DNA of 64,000 nt from an uncultured Desulfosarcina sp. (GTDB taxonomy: Bacteria; Desulfobacterota; Desulfobacteria; Desulfobacterales; Desulfosarcinaceae). The notes beneath the pieces are model-generated. The model was not told the origin of the DNA and did not search any database. It saw nothing but the letters and a program-made list of their open reading frames with translations. Shown here in pieces: positions 31,563 to 41,903 of the stretch. Positions within the stretch are counted from its first letter, which is position 1. The number at the start of each line of letters is the position of its first letter. Location: positions 2,016,001 through 2,080,000 of the forward strand of contig CAXXWQ010000004.1 in the NCBI GenBank assembly GCA_963674945.2. Direction: 5' to 3'. Position numbers and translations under genes: made by a program.

Positions 31563-31907
31563 ATGACCCCATACGAACTGTCGAAATTAATACACGTGGA
31601 ATTGTCCCCGGTGGCACCAAAACTCTCTGCCGCCATCAATCGGGCACTGGTCGATATCGGAGAGGGATCCGTATTCGTTGGCCTGGGGCCCGGGACCCAC
31701 GAGAACGACGACGTTTCTTTTCAGGAATCGGAAACGTTCAATGCAAAAGGCCCGGAGGCCGAAGGTATCCTTGCCAAAATACACGAAATGATGTGGAAAC
31801 TGGAAGAACACAGTTCTTGGAAGGTAATCATCGATAAGAAACCGGGAAAAAAAAGAGCACCCCTGGAACTTCTTTACACTCTGGTAAGAACCCCGAAACA
31901 TTTTTAG
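31563..31907 (+). CDS. Hypothetical protein
   Basis: MTPYELSKLIH.ELSP.AP.LSAA.NRALVDIGEGS...SSWKVIIDKK. SD CAGGAG. Confidence 0.75.
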   Translation: MTPYELSKLIHVELSPVAPKLSAAINRALVDIGEGSVFVGLGPGTHENDDVSFQESETFNAKGPEAEGILAKIHEMMWKLEEHSSWKVIIDKKPGKKRAPLELLYTLVRTPKHF

Positions 31908-31913
31908 TGCCAT

Positions 31914-31947
31914 AAAAAGGGTGTGGGGCGGTCAAGGACCGCCCCAC
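31914..31947. terminator. Strong hairpin, U-tract on minus strand
   Basis: GTGGGGCGGTC-aag-GACCGCCCCAC (11 bp perfect), with AAAAA at 31914-31918. Confidence 0.65.
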
Positions 31948-32193
31948 GGGCAGAAGGAGTTAGATGAAAGAAGAGGAGGTCTTTCAATCCGGCGACAATC
32001 CCCCGATATGCCGCCGTGACAATTAGATCGACACTTTCCCGGTCCGACTTTAGTATTTTTTTCATTGTCTTTCAATTTCCTGCCCGGAGCGTCCGGATTT
32101 ACGCTCCCTAACCGGCTGTTACAGCAGACGGCCACCCTGTTCTGGCACGTCCACCGGTAACTGCCATTTCACACAACCAGGAGGAGGAACGAA

Positions 32194-33747
32194 ATGAAAC
32201 GATGCCTTTTGTTCGCCCTGATGCTTTCCGTGTTGTTCGGTTTTGGCACCACCGTCGGCGCCGTGACCCTTACGGTGGGGTTGGACGCCGATCCGGTCAG
32301 CCTGGATCCCCATGTGCAGCTATCCGGTGGGATGCTTCAATACTCCCATTGGGTGTTCGACCCGTTGGTCCGCTACAGGCAAGACATGTCCATCGAACCT
32401 CGTCTGGCCACCCGCTGGGAACGCATCGACCCGTTGACCATGCGGTTTACCCTTCGGCAAGGGGTCAAATTCCACAGCGGCAACACTTTTTCGGCCAAGG
32501 ATGTAAAATTCACCCTGCTCCGACTGAAAAAGAGCGTGGACTTCAAAGGTCTCTTCGAACTCTTCACCGAACCGGTAATCGTCGATCCGTACACGATCGA
32601 TATCAAAACCAAAAAGCCTTACGCCCTCCTGCTTCGCATGTGCACCTACATCTTTCCCATGGACAGTGAATTTTACTCCGGCACCGACGAGACCGGCCAA
32701 CCCAAGGATGCCATCGTCAAGATCGGTCCCTCATTTGCCCTGACCAACGAATCCGGCACCGGTCCTTTCCGGGTCACCCAAAGGGAACATGGGGTCAAAA
32801 TGACCTTCGATCGTTTCGCCGATTACTGGGACGAAGGCTCGCCGGGCAACGTGGACCGCATGGTGTTAACGCCCATCAAAGAGGATGCCACCCGCGTAGC
32901 GGCCCTGCTCTCCGGAGATGTGGACTTCATCTCGCCGGTACCGCCCCAGGATTTTAAACGGATCGAAAAAGACCAAAAGGTGAACCTGTTTACCTACCCC
33001 GGTGGGCGCATCATCACCGTCCAGCTCAACCAGAAGCGGCTGCCGGCCTTCCGGGTGAAGAAGGTCCGTCAGGCCATCGTTTATGCCGTCAATAACGAAG
33101 GCATCGTAAAGAAGATCATGAAGGGAACCGCCACGCTCGCCGGACAGCAGAGCCCCAAAGGCTACGCCGGCTACAACCCCAATTGCGTGCCCCGCTACGA
33201 TCTGAAAAAGGCGAAGGAACTGATGAAAGAGGCAGGATTCGAAAGCGGGTTTTCCTGCACCATGATCGCCCCCAACAACCGGTACGTCAACGACGAAAAG
33301 ATCGCCGAAGCCGTGGTGGGTATGCTGGCCAAAATCAACATCAAGGTCAACTTGAAGACCATGCCCAAGGCCCAGTATTGGGATGAGTTCGACGCCCAGG
33401 TGGCTGACATCCAGATGATCGGCTGGCATTCCGACACCGAGGATTCGGGTAATTTTTCCGAATTTCTGGTCATGTGTCCCAACAAGGAGACCGGATACGG
33501 TCAGTACAATTCGGGCAACTATTGTAATCCGGAAGTGGATCGGCTGACCCTTGCCGCACAAAGCGAGACCGATCTTGCCAAACGAAGTGAAATGCTGCAG
33601 CAGATCGAGCAGATCCTTTACGATGACGCGGCATTCGTTCCCTTCCACTGGCAAAACCACAGCTATGGCGCCAAGAAAAACGTGGATGTCGCCCCTGTCA
33701 TCAATACCATGAACTTTCCCTATTTTGGCGATATCGTAGTCAAATAG
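32194..33747 (+). CDS. Dipeptide/oligopeptide ABC transporter substrate-binding protein
   Basis: SBP family 5: SLDP, LRQGVKFHSG, GTGPF, RVAALLSG, VRQAI. Confidence 0.93.
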   Translation: MKRCLLFALMLSVLFGFGTTVGAVTLTVGLDADPVSLDPHVQLSGGMLQYSHWVFDPLVRYRQDMSIEPRLATRWERIDPLTMRFTLRQGVKFHSGNTFSAKDVKFTLLRLKKSVDFKGLFELFTEPVIVDPYTIDIKTKKPYALLLRMCTYIFPMDSEFYSGTDETGQPKDAIVKIGPSFALTNESGTGPFRVTQREHGVKMTFDRFADYWDEGSPGNVDRMVLTPIKEDATRVAALLSGDVDFISPVPPQDFKRIEKDQKVNLFTYPGGRIITVQLNQKRLPAFRVKKVRQAIVYAVNNEGIVKKIMKGTATLAGQQSPKGYAGYNPNCVPRYDLKKAKELMKEAGFESGFSCTMIAPNNRYVNDEKIAEAVVGMLAKINIKVNLKTMPKAQYWDEFDAQVADIQMIGWHSDTEDSGNFSEFLVMCPNKETGYGQYNSGNYCNPEVDRLTLAAQSETDLAKRSEMLQQIEQILYDDAAFVPFHWQNHSYGAKKNVDVAPVINTMNFPYFGDIVVK

Positions 33748-33774
33748 TGTATGTGCCGCAACGGGTGAAGCCGA

Positions 33775-34749
33775 ATGTTTGCCTTTGTCGTCAGACGCAT
33801 CATCCAAGCCCTCTTCGTCATGCTGATCATCAGCCTGGTGGGCTTTTCCATTAAAAACGAAATTGGCGACCCCGTTCGCGACATGGTGGGCGAACGGGTT
33901 ACGCCGGCCGAAAGAGAGGCCCTGCGGGATAAGCTGGGCCTCAACGATCCCTTTTTCACCCAGTACCTGCGATTCGCCAAAAACGCCGCCATGGGGGATC
34001 TGGGGCTCTCCTTCTTTCACAAGAAGCCGGCCCTTTCGGTGATCGCCGCCAAGGCACCGGCCACCATCGAACTTGTACTGGGAGCGGCCCTGATCATTGT
34101 CCTCGTCTCCCTTCCCATCGGTGTCTTTTCGGCCATCTACCCCAACAGTGGTTTTTCCCGATTCACCATGGCCTTTTCCACTTTGGGGGTCTCCATACCG
34201 GTTTTTCTCACCGCCATCGTTCTGATCTTCATCTTTTCCGTTGAACTGAACTGGCTTCCCTCCTATGGGCGTGGCGAGACGGTGGCCATCGGTGGATGGG
34301 AAACGGGCCTTTTAACCGCCGATGGCATCAAGCACTTGATCTTGCCCAGTATTTCCCTGGCATCCATCATGCTCCCCCTCTTCATCCGCTTGATCCGGTC
34401 TGAAATGATGGAGGTGCTGGAAACCGAATATATCAAATTTGCCTGGGCCAAGGGGCTCGTGAAGCGGCGCATCTGGTTTGTCCATGCCCTGAAAAATACG
34501 CTCTTGCCGGTAATCACCGTCTTTGGCGTTCAAATCGGCATCATGTTCGCCTTCACCATTCTCACCGAAACGGTATTTCAATGGCAGGGAATGGGATTCA
34601 TGTTCTTAGAGGCCGTCGAACGTTCTGACATCTCGTTGCTGGTGGCCTATCTGATGGTGGTGGGCGCCGTTTTCGTCGTGGTCAACACCGTGGTGGACAT
34701 CGTTTACGGGCTGGTGAATCCAACAATCCGGATTGCGGGGAGAAAATGA
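33775..34749 (+). CDS. Peptide ABC transporter permease (DppB-like)
   Basis: GDP, LGLNDP...QY..F, PATIEL, RSEMMEVL..EYI..A.AKGL. Confidence 0.93.
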   Translation: MFAFVVRRIIQALFVMLIISLVGFSIKNEIGDPVRDMVGERVTPAEREALRDKLGLNDPFFTQYLRFAKNAAMGDLGLSFFHKKPALSVIAAKAPATIELVLGAALIIVLVSLPIGVFSAIYPNSGFSRFTMAFSTLGVSIPVFLTAIVLIFIFSVELNWLPSYGRGETVAIGGWETGLLTADGIKHLILPSISLASIMLPLFIRLIRSEMMEVLETEYIKFAWAKGLVKRRIWFVHALKNTLLPVITVFGVQIGIMFAFTILTETVFQWQGMGFMFLEAVERSDISLLVAYLMVVGAVFVVVNTVVDIVYGLVNPTIRIAGRK

Positions 34750-35666
34750 AGCGGGCCCTGCGACGATTCGCAAATTCCTATCTGTTCTTCAGCTTCCGGC
34801 AGGACAAAACGGCGATTTTCAGCTTCGCAACGCTGTCGCTCCTCTTGCTGGTGGGCCTGCTGGCGCCTGTGGTCTCGCCATACGATCCCTATGACCCGGC
34901 CAACATCGACATCATGAATTCGGAAATGCCGCCGGCCTGGTCGGAGGAAGGCGAAACGGCCTTCTTGCTGGGAACCGATATCCAGGGAAGAGACCTTCTC
35001 AGTACCATGATCTACGGGTTGCGGCTCTCGATTCTCATCGGTTGCGGGGCGGTGATTCTCCAGGGGGTACTCGGTGTAATCGTAGGCCTCTTGGCCGGCT
35101 ATCTGGGGGGGAAGATCGATGCGGTGCTCATGCGCATCGCCGACATCCAGCTCTCCCTGCCCTATCTGATGGTGGCCATTTTCATCAGCGCCATTTTCCA
35201 GGTGGCCTTCGGTATCGGTCGATACGAGGAGTTGGCCGTTCCTTTGCTGATCGTCATTATCGGCCTGGCCGAATGGCCGGTCTACGCCCGCACCGTCAGG
35301 GCATCGGTCATGGGAGAAAAACGCAAGGAGTACGTGGAGGCGGCCCGGGTGATCGGGTTGAGTCGCTGGCGGATCATGTTTCGTCACGTACTGCCCAACA
35401 CCATGACATCGGTACTGGTCATCTCCACCATCCAGGTGGCCAACGCCATCATGAGCGAGGCGGCCCTCTCCTTCTTGGGCTTGGGCATGCCGGTGACCAA
35501 GCCCTCTCTGGGATCTTTGATCCGGTCCGGCTTCGAGTATATCTTCTCCGGCTCCTGGTGGATCACACTGTTTCCGGGGATATTTTTGGTATTGTTGGTA
35601 CTGGTTATCAACCTCTTGGGAGACTGGCTCAGGGATGTACTCAATCCCAAGCTGTACAAGGGATGA
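34746..35666 (+). CDS. Peptide ABC transporter permease (DppC-like)
   Basis: LLGTDIQGRD, EYVEAARVIG, HVLPN, EAALSFLGLG. Confidence 0.93.
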   Translation: MKRALRRFANSYLFFSFRQDKTAIFSFATLSLLLLVGLLAPVVSPYDPYDPANIDIMNSEMPPAWSEEGETAFLLGTDIQGRDLLSTMIYGLRLSILIGCGAVILQGVLGVIVGLLAGYLGGKIDAVLMRIADIQLSLPYLMVAIFISAIFQVAFGIGRYEELAVPLLIVIIGLAEWPVYARTVRASVMGEKRKEYVEAARVIGLSRWRIMFRHVLPNTMTSVLVISTIQVANAIMSEAALSFLGLGMPVTKPSLGSLIRSGFEYIFSGSWWITLFPGIFLVLLVLVINLLGDWLRDVLNPKLYKG

Positions 35667-35672
35667 CAATTC

Positions 35673-36641
35673 ATGCCGCATCTTCTGGAAGTCGAAAATC
35701 TGGAAGTACAATTCGCCCTTCGCACCGGCCATCTGACCGCCATCGACGGCATCGGATTTCACCTGGATCAGGGTGAACGCATGGGGCTGGTGGGGGAAAG
35801 CGGTGCCGGCAAGTCGGTCACCGGTTTTGCCATTATCAACCTCATCGGCAAACCGGGGTTCATCTCCGGCGGACGGGTGATGTTCGACGGGCAGAACCTG
35901 GCGGCCCTTTCCGATGAAGTGATGCGAAAGATCCGAGGCAACCGGATCAGTATGATCTTTCAGGATCCCATGATGACCCTTAATCCGGTGTTGACCATCG
36001 GCACCCAGATGACCGAAACCCTCATGGCCCACCGTCGGCTATCCCGGACCGAGGCCGAGGCCGTGGCCCTGGAGAAGTTGAAACAGGTCCAGATTCCTTC
36101 ACCGGAAAAACGCCTGGCCCAGTATCCCCATGAGTTCTCCGGTGGGATGCGCCAGCGGATCGTCATCGCCATCGCCTTGATTACCGCCCCCAGGATCATC
36201 ATCGCCGACGAACCCACCACGGCCCTGGACGTGACCATTCAGGCCGAAATCATGGATCTGTTACAGCGGCTTTGCGAATCTGAGAATACGGGGCTGATTC
36301 TCATCACACACGATCTGGGTGTCGTCTCTCAGGTCACAGAGAAAATCGCCGTCATGTACGCCGGAAAAATCGTGGAATCTGGCCCGACGGACGAAGTGAT
36401 CCATCGTCCCCGGCACCCCTACACCCAGGGATTGATCAAAGCACTGCCCGGCAGCATGGTGCCGGGATCCCGCCTGAATCAGATCCCGGGAATGATGCCG
36501 ACCCTGACGGACATTCCGGTGGGATGTGCCTTCAATCCACGGTGCGATCTCTGCGATGAAATCTGCCGGCGACAGGTACCGCCACTGCTTCCCGTAAAGA
36601 ATAGTGAATGCAAGGTGGCCTGTCACATGGTAAACGAATAA
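35673..36641 (+). CDS. Peptide ABC transporter ATP-binding (DppD-like)
   Basis: GESGAGKS, YPHEFSGGMRQR, ADEPTTALD, HPYT, C-terminal Cys cluster. Confidence 0.94.
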   Translation: MPHLLEVENLEVQFALRTGHLTAIDGIGFHLDQGERMGLVGESGAGKSVTGFAIINLIGKPGFISGGRVMFDGQNLAALSDEVMRKIRGNRISMIFQDPMMTLNPVLTIGTQMTETLMAHRRLSRTEAEAVALEKLKQVQIPSPEKRLAQYPHEFSGGMRQRIVIAIALITAPRIIIADEPTTALDVTIQAEIMDLLQRLCESENTGLILITHDLGVVSQVTEKIAVMYAGKIVESGPTDEVIHRPRHPYTQGLIKALPGSMVPGSRLNQIPGMMPTLTDIPVGCAFNPRCDLCDEICRRQVPPLLPVKNSECKVACHMVNE

Positions 36642-36683
36642 GATCGGGTTACCGATAAACAGGCTTACAATCGGAAACAGATC

Positions 36684-37727
36684 ATGAGGACCGAAAACAC
36701 AGGCACCAACCAGGAAAAACACCGACATCTGCTCCAACTCGACCGGGTCGTCAAACACTTCGACATCTCCGGCGGTCTGCTGGATCAGCTCCGGTTGGAG
36801 AAGGGAAGAATCGTACGGCAACGAACCACGGTCAAGGCGGTGAACCGGGTGAGTCTGACCATCGCCCCGGGAGAAACCCTCAGTGTCGTGGGGGAAAGTG
36901 GTTGCGGAAAATCGACCCTGGCCCGGACCACCATCGGCATCTATCCGCCGGACAGCGGCCAGGTCAGCTACCGGGGAGAACGCATCGACGACAAACATTC
37001 CCGTCAGATGCGCCCCTTTCGCAAAAAGATGCAGATGATCTTTCAAGACCCCTATGCTTCCCTGAATCCAAGGAAGACCGTGATGCAGACCCTCGAGGAA
37101 CCGGTGGTGTTCCACAATCGTGCCATTTCATCGAAACAGGTCAAACAGCGGGTAGCCGAGGTCATGTCCCAGGTCGGTGTGGATCCCAAGTGGGCCGGCC
37201 GGTACCCCCACGAATTCTCAGGGGGTCAGCGCCAGCGCATCAGCATCGCCAGGGCCCTGATGGTGGACCCTGAATTCATCGTCGCCGACGAACCCGTCTC
37301 TGCCCTGGACGTCTCCATCCAGGCACAGATTCTCAATCTGCTCATGGATGCCCAACAGCAGCGGGGCCTGACCTACATGTTCATCACCCACGATCTTTCG
37401 GTAGTCCAGCACATCAGCACCCGGGTAGCAGTCATGTACCTGGGAACCTTATGCGAACTCGCACCGGCCAAAGCCCTGTTTGAAAACCCGCAGCATCCCT
37501 ACACGCGGGCCCTTCTTTCCGCCATCCCCCAGCTGGGACGCAAGAAAAGCGCCCACATCAAGTTGAAAGGCGAGGTGCCTACGCCCATCAACCTTCCAAG
37601 CGGTTGTGTGTTTCACGGTCGCTGTATCCATGCAGACCGTCGATGCGTGGAAGACATTCCGGAAGAAAGAACCCTTGAGGATAAACGGATTGTGGCCTGT
37701 CATGGGATGGAGGAAGGACGAATATAG
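36684..37727 (+). CDS. Peptide ABC transporter ATP-binding (DppF-like)
   Basis: GESGCGKST, YPHEFSGGQRQR, ADEPVSALD, GCVFHGRC. Confidence 0.94.
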   Translation: MRTENTGTNQEKHRHLLQLDRVVKHFDISGGLLDQLRLEKGRIVRQRTTVKAVNRVSLTIAPGETLSVVGESGCGKSTLARTTIGIYPPDSGQVSYRGERIDDKHSRQMRPFRKKMQMIFQDPYASLNPRKTVMQTLEEPVVFHNRAISSKQVKQRVAEVMSQVGVDPKWAGRYPHEFSGGQRQRISIARALMVDPEFIVADEPVSALDVSIQAQILNLLMDAQQQRGLTYMFITHDLSVVQHISTRVAVMYLGTLCELAPAKALFENPQHPYTRALLSAIPQLGRKKSAHIKLKGEVPTPINLPSGCVFHGRCIHADRRCVEDIPEERTLEDKRIVACHGMEEGRI

Positions 37728-37772
37728 TTCCCCTTTCGGAAATGGCCAAATTGGCCATTTCCGAAAGGGGAA
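37728..37772. repeat. Perfect 22-bp inverted repeat between convergent genes
   Basis: TTCCCCTTTCGGAAATGGCCAA-a-TTGGCCATTTCCGAAAGGGGAA. Confidence 0.85.
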
Positions 37773-37775
37773 AAG

Positions 37776-39467
37776 TTAAGCTCTCTTGTAGTTCGGTCCC
37801 TCGCCCCCTTCCGGACAGGTCCATGTGACATTGGAAAATGGGTCCTTGACGTCACAGGTCTTGCAATGCAGGCAGTTGGAAAAGTTAAGCTTGATGCCGT
37901 GGATGCCACGGCCGTTCTCGACAAGCTCCATTTCGTAAACATCCCCCGGACAAAACCGCGTGCAGGGACAACCATAGGTGGGATAACATTTTTCCACGCA
38001 GACCTTCTGGTCGTGGATGCGGACATGGCTGGGCTGGTCCTCCCGATGCAGCGTTCCGGAAAGATATACGCCGGTGAGTTTGTCCACCATGGCCGGATCA
38101 TCTTTGGGCGGCATTCCTGTCATATTTGCAGCCGGCTCGATTTGTTGTTCTGGACGTTTCATTGGTTTCAATGTGGTGGCATCATCCTTCGAGGAGATTC
38201 GGTCCACCAGTCCCTTTCCCTTGGTAAGGTGCTGGGCCGCCAGGTGAATCCATTTGATGGGTCCCTTCTTGGCCAGGGCCTGGGCGAAATTGCGCCCTTC
38301 CATGAGTTCCGCACCGGCCCAACTTGCTTTCAGCCGCCTTGAATAGTCGGACAGGACTTGGACGTCGGTTTTTCCCCCCTTCAGCGCATCCATGGCGGTC
38401 TCCGCGGCCAGCATGCCGGACTTCATCGCCAGGTGGATGCCCTTGATGGCAGGTGCATTGTGCATGGCGGCGCCGTTTCCGGTGAAAAGAGCCCCATCCA
38501 CGGCAAGCTGTGGCATGGTGTACCAGCCGCCGGTGGATACGGCGCGGGCACCCTGCTCCACCACCTTGCCCCCTTGGATGATCTCTTGAATCATGGGGTG
38601 GCCTTTGAACCGCATGAATGTATCGTAGATATCCAACGCCGGATCCTCGTACCCCAGGGCGACCAAGAATCCCAAAGCGATCTGATTGCCGGCCATTTCG
38701 TAGACGAAACCCCCGCCCGGGGTGTCCAGACCCAATGGAAAACCCAGGGTGTGAATGTCGTTGAAGGAGCTGTTGGAAAAAAAATGATCCTCGGGCAGTT
38801 GGATCACCTCCTTGATCCCTGTTTCGAACAGTTCCGGGAGCCGGTCTCTGCGAATGGGAAGTTTTCCGGAAAGAGACTTGATGAGACTGCCCCGCGCCCC
38901 TTCGCCCAGGATGGTGACCTTGGCCAGAAGATCGATGCCCGGCTCGAAGTTGGCTTTGGGCGTACCGTCCTTGTCCAGCCCCTTGTCACCGGTTCGCACC
39001 CCCGTCACCGTCCGGCCGTCGTCTGCCAGCAGGATCTCTTTGCCATCGAAGCCCGGAAAGACATTGACGCCCATCTCTTCCGCCTTTTCACCCAGCCATC
39101 GGCATACTTTGGAAAGACTGACGATGGGAAACCCCGTGTTGTGCATTGTACGGGGCACCCATGGCAATTTGAAACCACGATGTCTTGTCAGAAAAAACAT
39201 CCCATCTTCCCGTACTGTCTGCTCGATGGGAAAGCCTTGCTGCAGGTAATCCGGATATAGCTCGGAAATGGCGGCAGGATTCATGATCGCACCACTGATG
39301 GCGTGGGCACCGATGGTGGACCCTTTATCGATGAGCGCGACTTCCAGTTCCTGGCCACTTTCCTCGGCCAGTTGCATCAATCGGATGGCACCGGCCAGAT
39401 TGGCGGGCCCACCGCCGACAAAAAGCACATCAAATTCAATGGTTTCATGTGTAGTCATAAATTTCAC
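37776..39467 (-). CDS. Electron transfer flavoprotein-quinone oxidoreductase (FAD + 4Fe-4S)
   Basis: VGGGPA, GAHAISGA, TGDKGLDK, KGIHLAMKSGMLAAE, CTRFCPGDVYE, NCLHCKTCDVKDP, WTCPEGGEGPNY. Confidence 0.92.
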   Translation of the reverse strand: MKFMTTHETIEFDVLFVGGGPANLAGAIRLMQLAEESGQELEVALIDKGSTIGAHAISGAIMNPAAISELYPDYLQQGFPIEQTVREDGMFFLTRHRGFKLPWVPRTMHNTGFPIVSLSKVCRWLGEKAEEMGVNVFPGFDGKEILLADDGRTVTGVRTGDKGLDKDGTPKANFEPGIDLLAKVTILGEGARGSLIKSLSGKLPIRRDRLPELFETGIKEVIQLPEDHFFSNSSFNDIHTLGFPLGLDTPGGGFVYEMAGNQIALGFLVALGYEDPALDIYDTFMRFKGHPMIQEIIQGGKVVEQGARAVSTGGWYTMPQLAVDGALFTGNGAAMHNAPAIKGIHLAMKSGMLAAETAMDALKGGKTDVQVLSDYSRRLKASWAGAELMEGRNFAQALAKKGPIKWIHLAAQHLTKGKGLVDRISSKDDATTLKPMKRPEQQIEPAANMTGMPPKDDPAMVDKLTGVYLSGTLHREDQPSHVRIHDQKVCVEKCYPTYGCPCTRFCPGDVYEMELVENGRGIHGIKLNFSNCLHCKTCDVKDPFSNVTWTCPEGGEGPNYKRA

Positions 39468-39772
39468 CTCGAGTTCATCGGGTTACACGAACGGCAAAAA
39501 TCGGAAAACACAAAGCCTCAACTTTCGGGATTCGGTTTCCGCTTGGGACGATTCCCGTAAGTCGAGATAAATCGGAACAAAAGAAATTGAAGCGTTCAGA
39601 TAGCCTGATTTACCATGAATTACAAGTGCCTGCCCATGAAAATCACCAACCACCCTCACAGCAGGTGGTTTGATGAAACGTCGCCGAATGGGACGGAAAA
39701 CCAGAAAATCGCTGTTTTTATCTTAAAATCCGAATGAAAAAAACATCTATAATTGTTCGACGTTTACAATTG

Positions 39773-41425
39773 CTACGATATCGTCTGTTCGTCTGTAAAG
39801 GCTTCATGGTAAAGTGTCGCCTGTTCGTCCAGAATTTCCTTGAGAATATCCATGGTGGTAAGGGGATTCATGATCACGCAACGCAGGACAACCATCCCGT
39901 TTTTTCTGTTCATTACCGGAAAGAGTGTCGTCCGGGACACGAAGCTCTTTCCGTTTTCCCGTTGGCGACGCTGAATAAGAATGTTGATTCGGTTCAGTCG
40001 ATCCGCTCTCCGTTTTTCCTCCTGAGCACAAAGGTTTTCATCTTTTTGGCACCCTTGTTCCGGATTGATTCGGTAGGTGAGGATGTTCAGTTCCGGTACC
40101 GTTATCAGTTCGAAAAGAGATCGCCGTTCGATCTCTTCGGCAAACTGCCGGGCGGTTTCGATGCCATGGTCGATGAGAAGCGCATACCCTTTCTGCCCCA
40201 TGATCTTCAATGCACTGTCCAGGATCAGTGAGTTGGCCTCACGGGAGCCGGGAAGGGACTTGATCCCCAAATCGACGGAACCCGGCCGGTTGATGTAGTT
40301 GGCGTGGTAGGCGACGGCATCCATGGCCCGTGGGTCTTTGAAAAAGATCATTCCGCAACTCATGGGCATATACAGCTGCTTGTGCCCATCGATGCTCACG
40401 GAATCGGCCCGGGAAATGCCGTCGAGCAGATGCCGGTACTTGTCGGACATGAGTGTCGGCCCCCCCCATACCGCATCCACATGAAAATGGATGTTGCGCT
40501 GCCGGCAAATCTCGCCCAGGGCAACGAGTGGATCGACACTTCCCGTCTCCGTGGTTCCGGCGATTCCCACAATGGCCATGACCCGCGTCGGGACGTCGCC
40601 CGTTTCCAGTTGATCCAATGTTCGTTGCAGCAGTGTCAGGTCGATTCGATTGTTTTCATCCACATCCACGGGAAGGATGTTGCTATTGCCAATACCCAAT
40701 AGCCCGCCCGCCTTTTTCAGCGAGTAGTGGGCCAGACGGGAGACCAATACCACGCACCGCTGGATCCCATGGGCGGCAAATGCCGCATGCAGCCCCTCCT
40801 GCTCGATACCGGAAAAACCGGAACACGGGCTCAACAGTCGGTTTCTTGCCACCCACAGGGCCGTGATGTTGGCCATTGTCCCGTCTTCCACGAAGCTTCC
40901 CAGTGTTGTCTCCACGTGTTGCACGTGTTCATCGTAAAAGGTCTTGGGGAACTGGAATACCAGTCGATGAATCTTGGCCAGCACCTGTTTTTCGATAATG
41001 GAAACCACCTTGGATGTCTCGAGCTTCACCGTATTCTGGTTCAAGGCCGCCGTGATGGTTTTCAGATGAACCATGAAAAAGGGAATGGCGCCGGTCATGT
41101 GTCCGACGAAATAGGGGGAGGCCACATTGACGGCATGGGGGGCGATATTTTCGATCAGATCGGTGATGACATCCGCCAGCTTTTTCTGGGGCCTGTCGTT
41201 GATGACCGTGTCGGTGAAGCGCATGGCCAACTCCTTGAGGCTTGCCTCTTCGGTGATGCCCACATGGTCGCCCAGAAATTTGTGGAGACCGAAAAGGATC
41301 TGCTCCATGTACTTGACCAGGGTGGTGCGGGTGGATTCATTTTCCGGATGGATATAGGTGCGCATGAGCGCCTGCCAGTCGGCGACGAGACGGGAACCCG
41401 GTCCGGAAGTGTCGTTTTGGTTCAT
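39773..41425 (-). CDS. panP: PLP-dependent aspartate 1-decarboxylase PanP-like
   Basis: FVGHMT, LNQN.VKLETSK, HYSLKKA, AGTTETG, HVDAVWGG, IDGHKQLY.PM. Start uncertain (41425 or 41458). Confidence 0.82.
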   Translation of the reverse strand: MNQNDTSGPGSRLVADWQALMRTYIHPENESTRTTLVKYMEQILFGLHKFLGDHVGITEEASLKELAMRFTDTVINDRPQKKLADVITDLIENIAPHAVNVASPYFVGHMTGAIPFFMVHLKTITAALNQNTVKLETSKVVSIIEKQVLAKIHRLVFQFPKTFYDEHVQHVETTLGSFVEDGTMANITALWVARNRLLSPCSGFSGIEQEGLHAAFAAHGIQRCVVLVSRLAHYSLKKAGGLLGIGNSNILPVDVDENNRIDLTLLQRTLDQLETGDVPTRVMAIVGIAGTTETGSVDPLVALGEICRQRNIHFHVDAVWGGPTLMSDKYRHLLDGISRADSVSIDGHKQLYMPMSCGMIFFKDPRAMDAVAYHANYINRPGSVDLGIKSLPGSREANSLILDSALKIMGQKGYALLIDHGIETARQFAEEIERRSLFELITVPELNILTYRINPEQGCQKDENLCAQEEKRRADRLNRINILIQRRQRENGKSFVSRTTLFPVMNRKNGMVVLRCVIMNPLTTMDILKEILDEQATLYHEAFTDEQTIS

Positions 41426-41619
41426 TTGCCGTATGCCCGTTTTCTGTACGATTTCCAAAAATTACCAATTATGCTTTTTTTTAAAATGTTGTCAACCGAT
41501 CCCATGGAATCTTAAAGGGTGATCGCATGTAGATTTGATAGAGGGCATAGGCTTTCCCTGCTGAACACGGGGAAGGTGGGTGCAAGTGCCTATCGTGCGC
41601 TGACGTGCCTAGAATTAAT

Positions 41620-41806
41620 GTATTCTGCCTTTTTATATGAAACAGCGGCAAAAATCCGTGCGGAATCAGAAGCTATAGGTAAACCTATCGGGCCTTATGA
41701 CATATCGATCGCCGGCACTGCAGTCAGTTCAAATTGTGTATTGGTAACTCATAATACAAAAGAATTTTCTAGAGTAAAAAATTTGAACATCGAGGATTGG
41801 TATTGA
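41620..41806 (+). pseudogene. C-terminal fragment of a VapC/PIN toxin
   Basis: AAKIRAESEAIGKPIGPYDISIAGTAVSSNCVLVTHNTKEFSRV..L.IEDW. The N-terminal LDTN motif and any antitoxin are absent. AT-rich. Confidence 0.75.
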
Positions 41807-41903
41807 ACGAATTTTCGTTTAGTTTATAAGAACCATAGCGAACATTTTCTTGTTCCACCGTTTCTTAAAGACGTAAAGAAATCTTTAAAGGATTTTAACA
41901 CCG

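Noticed and set aside
32142..32165. Sigma-54 promoter for the peptide ABC operon
   Set aside because: TGGCACG is present but there is no TTGC at the required -12 spacing.
39642..39673. IS200/IS605-like end hairpin AACCACC...GGTGGTT
   Set aside because: Single degenerate copy with no transposase nearby, so too weak to call.
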